A DNA stretch of 64,000 nucleotides from Pseudothermotoga sp. GTDB lineage: Bacteria; Thermotogota; Thermotogae; Thermotogales; DSM-5069. Below are positions 59,800-64,000 of this stretch, one piece after another. Where the stretch lies: assembly GCA_031962025.1 (NCBI GenBank), contig JAVRKW010000003.1; one strand, written 5' to 3'. The stretch's first letter is position 1; each line of letters starts with the position of its first letter. Position numbers and translations under genes: made by a program. Below the pieces are notes generated by a model. That model made no database searches and was not told where the DNA came from. It worked only from the letters and a program-made list of their open reading frames with translations.

Positions 59800-60441
59800 G
59801 TGTTTGTCAAAGATGTTATGACCACAGAAGTGATAACTGTTTCTCCGGAAGCGTCCTTTTCTGAAGCTATGGATATAATAAGAAAAAAAGGAATAAGAAG
59901 ACTGCCTGTGGTGAAAAACGAGAAAGTCGTTGGAATCATAACGGAAAAGGATTTACTTTCCGCATCGCCTTCTCAGGCAACTACTCTTGATGTCTGGGAG
60001 CTGACAAGCCTTTTGAGCAAGCTCAAGGTGAAACAGATCATGCGAAAAGACGTTGCCCATGTTCATCCAAATACACCCATAGAGGACGCGGCAAGGATCA
60101 TGTCGGACAAAAAAATAGGCTCACTTGTGGTACTTGAACAGGAAAAACTGGTCGGCATAATCACCGAGTCGGATATCTTCAAAGTATTCATAAACATGCT
60201 CGGAGCAAGAGAAACAGGTACAAGGTATGTTTTTCGCGTGCAGAATGTCCCGGGTATTTTGTCAAAGATACTTTATCTGATGTACCAGTGCGGGGGAGAT
60301 CTCATCTCTGTAACCACTTATGAAAAATCCGAGCAGGAATACAACGTGGTCGTCAAAGTCAGAAATCTCAAAAGACAGGATTTTGAAAGAAAGTTTCTCG
60401 AAGGAATTCCTTCGGCTTCTATAATCGATGTGAAAGAATAA
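59800..60441 (+). CDS. CBS-pair + ACT domain protein (AcuB-like)
   Basis: VKDVMT..IRRLPVV..VGIITEKD, a second CBS repeat and NVPGILSKI ACT motif. Confidence 0.85.
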   Translation: MFVKDVMTTEVITVSPEASFSEAMDIIRKKGIRRLPVVKNEKVVGIITEKDLLSASPSQATTLDVWELTSLLSKLKVKQIMRKDVAHVHPNTPIEDAARIMSDKKIGSLVVLEQEKLVGIITESDIFKVFINMLGARETGTRYVFRVQNVPGILSKILYLMYQCGGDLISVTTYEKSEQEYNVVVKVRNLKRQDFERKFLEGIPSASIIDVKE

Positions 60442-60460
60442 AGGGGGCTGTCGCCCCCTT
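60441..60460. terminator. hairpin between convergent genes
   Basis: AAGGGGGC-TGTC-GCCCCCTT. Confidence 0.65.
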
Positions 60461-60463
60461 GGA

Positions 60464-62290
60464 TTACTGAATAGGTCTGAGTGTAGTGCTCACATTTACA
60501 GTTTTTCTGTCCACCTTGAGCGTCATTACTTCCGCGTAATATCCACCTTTGATCAAAACCAACTGATATGTTCCATAATCCAGATCGATCTTCAGCGGAG
60601 TCACACCTTTGAGATATCCATTTATGTAGACAAGTGCATTGCTTGGTGAAGTGCTGATGCTCACAGTTCCAGTTTTTTGTATCGGTTGAAGCGTCAGCGT
60701 AATAGACCTTGTCTCATTTGCGGCTAACTGAACATCCACCCATGCATCCTCATAATCTGGCATAGAAGCCGAGATTCTGTGTACGACATTTGCATCCAGT
60801 TCTATACTCAATCCTGTTGAAGGAGCCTGACCCCAGAGCTTGCCGTCAACATAAACTGTAGCTCCTACAGGATTGGTGAACACCACGACAGTGCCTTTTT
60901 TAACCATAGGCATGAGCGTTATATCCACTCTCTTTGTCTCACCGGATGATACGTTCACATTCACAGTTGTATCCTGATAATCTGTAAGCTGTGCGATGAT
61001 GGTGTGCATACCCGGATCGACCTGAACGGCTATTCCTCCAGAACGAGCTGTGCCAATGTAATTTCCATCGACGTAAATTGCGGCGCCGGCGGGATTGGTG
61101 AATATATTCAGAGTGCCTTTTGTGATCACTGGAACAAGTGTTAGATCCACTCTTCTAACCTCTCCAGGTCCAACGGTTATTGTTGTGGTGCTATCCTGAT
61201 AATTCGAAAGCTTTGCTGTGATAGTGTAAGTGCCCGGGCTCACATCAAGGCTCAGACCAGAAGGTTGCGTCGTGCCTCTGTACTGGTTGTTCACGTAAAT
61301 TGAAGCACCGCTTGGGACACTGAAGATGTTCAGTGTAGCCCTTTCTGGACTCAGATCCAGATTGATCGTTCTGGTTTCACCAGATGCAACTGTGAAGCTT
61401 TGCTGAGCTGGTGAATATCCTGCCTTTGTCGCCAGAACGGTGTGCTGTCCGGGCTGAACTTCTATCTGAACTGGACTGACACCTATGTAATTGCCATCCA
61501 GAAAGATCTGAGCGTCGGACGGATTTGTTCTCACATCGAGCATCGTCTTTTTGATGAAATTCACACTGACCACAACTGTTCTTCCCGCTGTGATGAAAAA
61601 TGTCTCCGTGGTAACCTGATTCTGCCAGTAGAAAGTGGCAAAGTGCTGACCTTCGTCCAGTTCAACCCGTGCAGGAGTTGTTCCGATGTATTTTCCATCC
61701 ACATACACATAGGCACCACTTGGATTGGACTCAAGCTGTGCAATACCCGTTTTTGCGGCTTTTCCAACGTAGAAATAGGTAATATCGCTTGCCCATTCGC
61801 CTGTCAGATACGGCATGATCTGTTTTTGCACATAGCTTTCTGCATCTTCAGACAGGATCGGGAAAGACTGAGATATTCCAAGATTTTTGAGCTGTTGAAT
61901 GATTGGCAAAAAGTTTGTGGAAGCTATTATCTGAATGTATTCTTTGCCCTCAGGTGGAGTTACTTTGAACGAGTACAGATTCGATATGGGTAGTTTATAA
62001 GTCACATTCGGTGCAATGTAGTTGTTCGAATCGTATTTGTTTGGGAACAAAAGCGTGATCTTTCCGTCTGTTCTGATATCGTAGATCAAAACATAACAGC
62101 TTTTATTTGCCTTGAAAAAGATGTTCAAAGGTTCATTCACCTGATAGACAGCACCCTCGGGTTTGTTCAGCCAGACTTTCACTTCAAGTTCACCTGGCTT
62201 TGGAACGATTATTATGTTCTTTAGCTGCATATCAGCAAAACTCACTGCCGCAATTATCAAAGTCAATATCACCAGAAAAGTTTTTCTCAT
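60464..62290 (-). CDS. secreted PEGA-repeat protein with N-terminal DUF4384-like domain
   Basis: Signal peptide, DGKITLLFPN..PPEGKEYIQIIAS and six repeats of the (S/T)xPxGAxVY(V/I)DG..G type. Confidence 0.85.
   Translation of the reverse strand: MRKTFLVILTLIIAAVSFADMQLKNIIIVPKPGELEVKVWLNKPEGAVYQVNEPLNIFFKANKSCYVLIYDIRTDGKITLLFPNKYDSNNYIAPNVTYKLPISNLYSFKVTPPEGKEYIQIIASTNFLPIIQQLKNLGISQSFPILSEDAESYVQKQIMPYLTGEWASDITYFYVGKAAKTGIAQLESNPSGAYVYVDGKYIGTTPARVELDEGQHFATFYWQNQVTTETFFITAGRTVVVSVNFIKKTMLDVRTNPSDAQIFLDGNYIGVSPVQIEVQPGQHTVLATKAGYSPAQQSFTVASGETRTINLDLSPERATLNIFSVPSGASIYVNNQYRGTTQPSGLSLDVSPGTYTITAKLSNYQDSTTTITVGPGEVRRVDLTLVPVITKGTLNIFTNPAGAAIYVDGNYIGTARSGGIAVQVDPGMHTIIAQLTDYQDTTVNVNVSSGETKRVDITLMPMVKKGTVVVFTNPVGATVYVDGKLWGQAPSTGLSIELDANVVHRISASMPDYEDAWVDVQLAANETRSITLTLQPIQKTGTVSISTSPSNALVYINGYLKGVTPLKIDLDYGTYQLVLIKGGYYAEVMTLKVDRKTVNVSTTLRPIQ
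60470..61750 (-). repeat. six tandem PEGA domain repeats (about 70 aa each)
   Basis: SNPSGAYVYVDG, TNPSDAQIFLDG, SVPSGASIYVNN, TNPAGAAIYVDG, TNPVGATVYVDG and TSPSNALVYING; boundaries approximate. Confidence 0.8.
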
Positions 62291-62303
62291 TCATATCCCC
62301 CCT

Positions 62304-62951
62304 TTACTGTCCTGGATATATTACGCGTGCATCTACGACTTTATCATCGTCAATTCTAAAGAATGCAAAACCTTTGTTAGTGATAGAAATATCCTTTGGA
62401 ACGGTGAAAGTTCTCCAATCCCCACCTGCCTGAACGAGAGTGACTTTATAAACTTTAGAATCGATCTTTTCAAATTCTGCAAGTACATAGTTTGTATTTG
62501 CAACCTTTGTTTCGTTACCTTCACCAATTATCAGATCCCAGCTTGTTCCAAGTAAATCATTGGATTTGAGATACATAATCAAAGTGCCATTGAAAGTTGT
62601 TGCACTCGAATTAATTGTACTTTCGATGGTAGATAAACTTGTTGTTCCATAATTTCCAACATATTCATTGTTGAGATAGACGTTTTTATCAGCTGCTGCA
62701 ATCTGGAAAATTCCGTTTCGGTAATTAAACCCGTTTGGTTGATTGTCAAAATCATACCAGAGCATTAAAATATTACTTTTTGAATCACACCATTCAGCAA
62801 GGGCTTCCAAATTGGTATCTGTGGCATTTGCCGTTACTTCTACTATGTTTTGAGTAATGCTTGATATTGTTAAGGTTAAAGGTCCACATCCCACCAGAAT
62901 CAGAGCCACTGCGACTGCTGTTAAAATCAACCAGAGTTTTGCACCTTTCAT
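62304..62951 (-). CDS. putative lipoprotein of unknown function
   Basis: MKGAKLWLILTAVAVALILVG-C lipobox; Asn/Thr-rich. Confidence 0.7.
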   Translation of the reverse strand: MKGAKLWLILTAVAVALILVGCGPLTLTISSITQNIVEVTANATDTNLEALAEWCDSKSNILMLWYDFDNQPNGFNYRNGIFQIAAADKNVYLNNEYVGNYGTTSLSTIESTINSSATTFNGTLIMYLKSNDLLGTSWDLIIGEGNETKVANTNYVLAEFEKIDSKVYKVTLVQAGGDWRTFTVPKDISITNKGFAFFRIDDDKVVDARVIYPGQ

Positions 62952-62976
62952 TCAACCACCCCCTCGAGTTTTTGTT

Positions 62977-63999
62977 TCATCGGTACGTGAAGGAATAGAT
63001 CATTTTCGCACCCTTTCGATATACGAAGATCGCTACGAAATCTCCCTGCTTGATTTTGCTAACGGTACTGTTCCAATCTTCGACAGATGTTATCGAAAGA
63101 CTCTTGCCGTTGACAGCCATCTGGTAAATCACATCGCCCGTTTGAATTTGAGAGGAATTTTTAACCTGCCTGACAATAACACCTTTCAGTGCCGAAGGCA
63201 GTGAGTATGTTTCCCTATCTGTGTCTTTTATATCGTCCACGACAATGCCAGCGAACTCTTTCGCCGCAACTGTTGATTCAGCATTCTCTTCTGCCGAAGA
63301 GCCGAGTGTGACAGTCAAAACGATTTCTTTGCCTGATCTGTTCACAACAATTTTCACAGTGTCACCCGGAACATGGCTGTGAATCAAAGAAACGAGTTCT
63401 GCATCTGTTGAGACAGAAACGTTGTCTAATTTTAAGATCACGTCGTTTTCTTTCAAACCATATCTTTCAGCCGGAGAATTTTCAAGCACCTGAACAACCA
63501 GAACGCCCTGATTTGTCTTTAATCCCATTGCCTTTGCAAGGTTTTCTGTGACCGTCATGAGCCTGACACCAAGGTATGCTTTCTGGGTTTTACCGGTTTG
63601 GACAAGCTGGTTTACAAATCTTTTGACCGTGTTGATGGGTATGGCAAACCCCAGATTAACAGCTTCTGTCGGATTTATGATCGCTGTGTTTATACCTATC
63701 ACCTGTCCATGGATGTTCAGCAAAGGTCCGCCGCTGTTACCCGGGTTAATGGCTGCGTCTGTCTGTATCAGGTTCGTGTAATAACCAGATCCATCTGGTT
63801 TTGGGATGCGTCTGCCCGTTGCGCTCACAACACCTATGGTGACTGTGTGCTGAAAGCCAAGCGGGTTTCCTATCGCGATAGCCCATTCTCCTATCTTGAG
63901 ATTGTCTGAATCTCCAAATTCCAGTATTGGCAGGTCTCTGTCTGGCTTGATTTTCAAAACAGCTATGTCGAGTTCTTCATCTCCGCCTATGTATTCTGC
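62977..63999 (-). CDS. htrA: HtrA/DegP (Do family) serine protease, 5' end outside the window
   Basis: DIAVLKI, AIGNPLG, IQTDAAINPGNSGGPL (catalytic Ser) and two PDZ domains; frame open to the window end. Confidence 0.93.
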   Translation of the reverse strand, partial: AEYIGGDEELDIAVLKIKPDRDLPILEFGDSDNLKIGEWAIAIGNPLGFQHTVTIGVVSATGRRIPKPDGSGYYTNLIQTDAAINPGNSGGPLLNIHGQVIGINTAIINPTEAVNLGFAIPINTVKRFVNQLVQTGKTQKAYLGVRLMTVTENLAKAMGLKTNQGVLVVQVLENSPAERYGLKENDVILKLDNVSVSTDAELVSLIHSHVPGDTVKIVVNRSGKEIVLTVTLGSSAEENAESTVAAKEFAGIVVDDIKDTDRETYSLPSALKGVIVRQVKNSSQIQTGDVIYQMAVNGKSLSITSVEDWNSTVSKIKQGDFVAIFVYRKGAKMIYSFTYR

Positions 64000-64000
64000 T

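Noticed and set aside
1..64000. CRISPR arrays, IS elements, prophage, rRNA
   Set aside because: No regularly spaced direct repeats, transposase/integrase/phage ORFs or rRNA-like tracts were seen; intergenic gaps are short

Overview
Gene-dense, roughly 40% GC chromosomal window from a Thermotogota bacterium, probably Pseudothermotoga-like. This is inferred from an Omp-alpha-type SLH/coiled-coil toga protein, a DUF4438 protein, archaeal-type ApgM, a short RnfB and the gene order. It is mostly core genome: ddl, recJ-yqgF-tRNA-Arg-mreB-flgFGAHIJ, a Mut7-C/histidine kinase/response regulator/ileS/pilT/prfA operon, namZ, iadA, a sugar ABC transporter, tRNA-Ser-rimP-nusA-fur, rbgA-TPR-apgM-comEC, glgDC, rnfCDGEAB-dprA-ackA, an aminotransferase, ccdA-thioredoxin and envelope genes ending in a partial htrA. 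Three tRNAs are present (Glu-CTC, Arg-CCG, Ser-GGA). No IS element, prophage, rRNA or CRISPR array was seen. The most interesting signals are: (1) a highly divergent DNA sliding-clamp (DnaN)-like paralog coupled to ddl; (2) RecJ fused to an apparently inactive RecQ-like helicase domain; (3) YqgF with a methyltransferase-like tail whose stop codon lies inside tRNA-Arg; (4) a LipS2-like radical SAM gene coupled to the rnf operon; (5) a Mut7-C RNase gene coupled to a multi-GAF kinase. The ORF track gives the wrong strand for 51159..51845, which is on the minus strand. All calls come from motif reading by eye; no searches were run.
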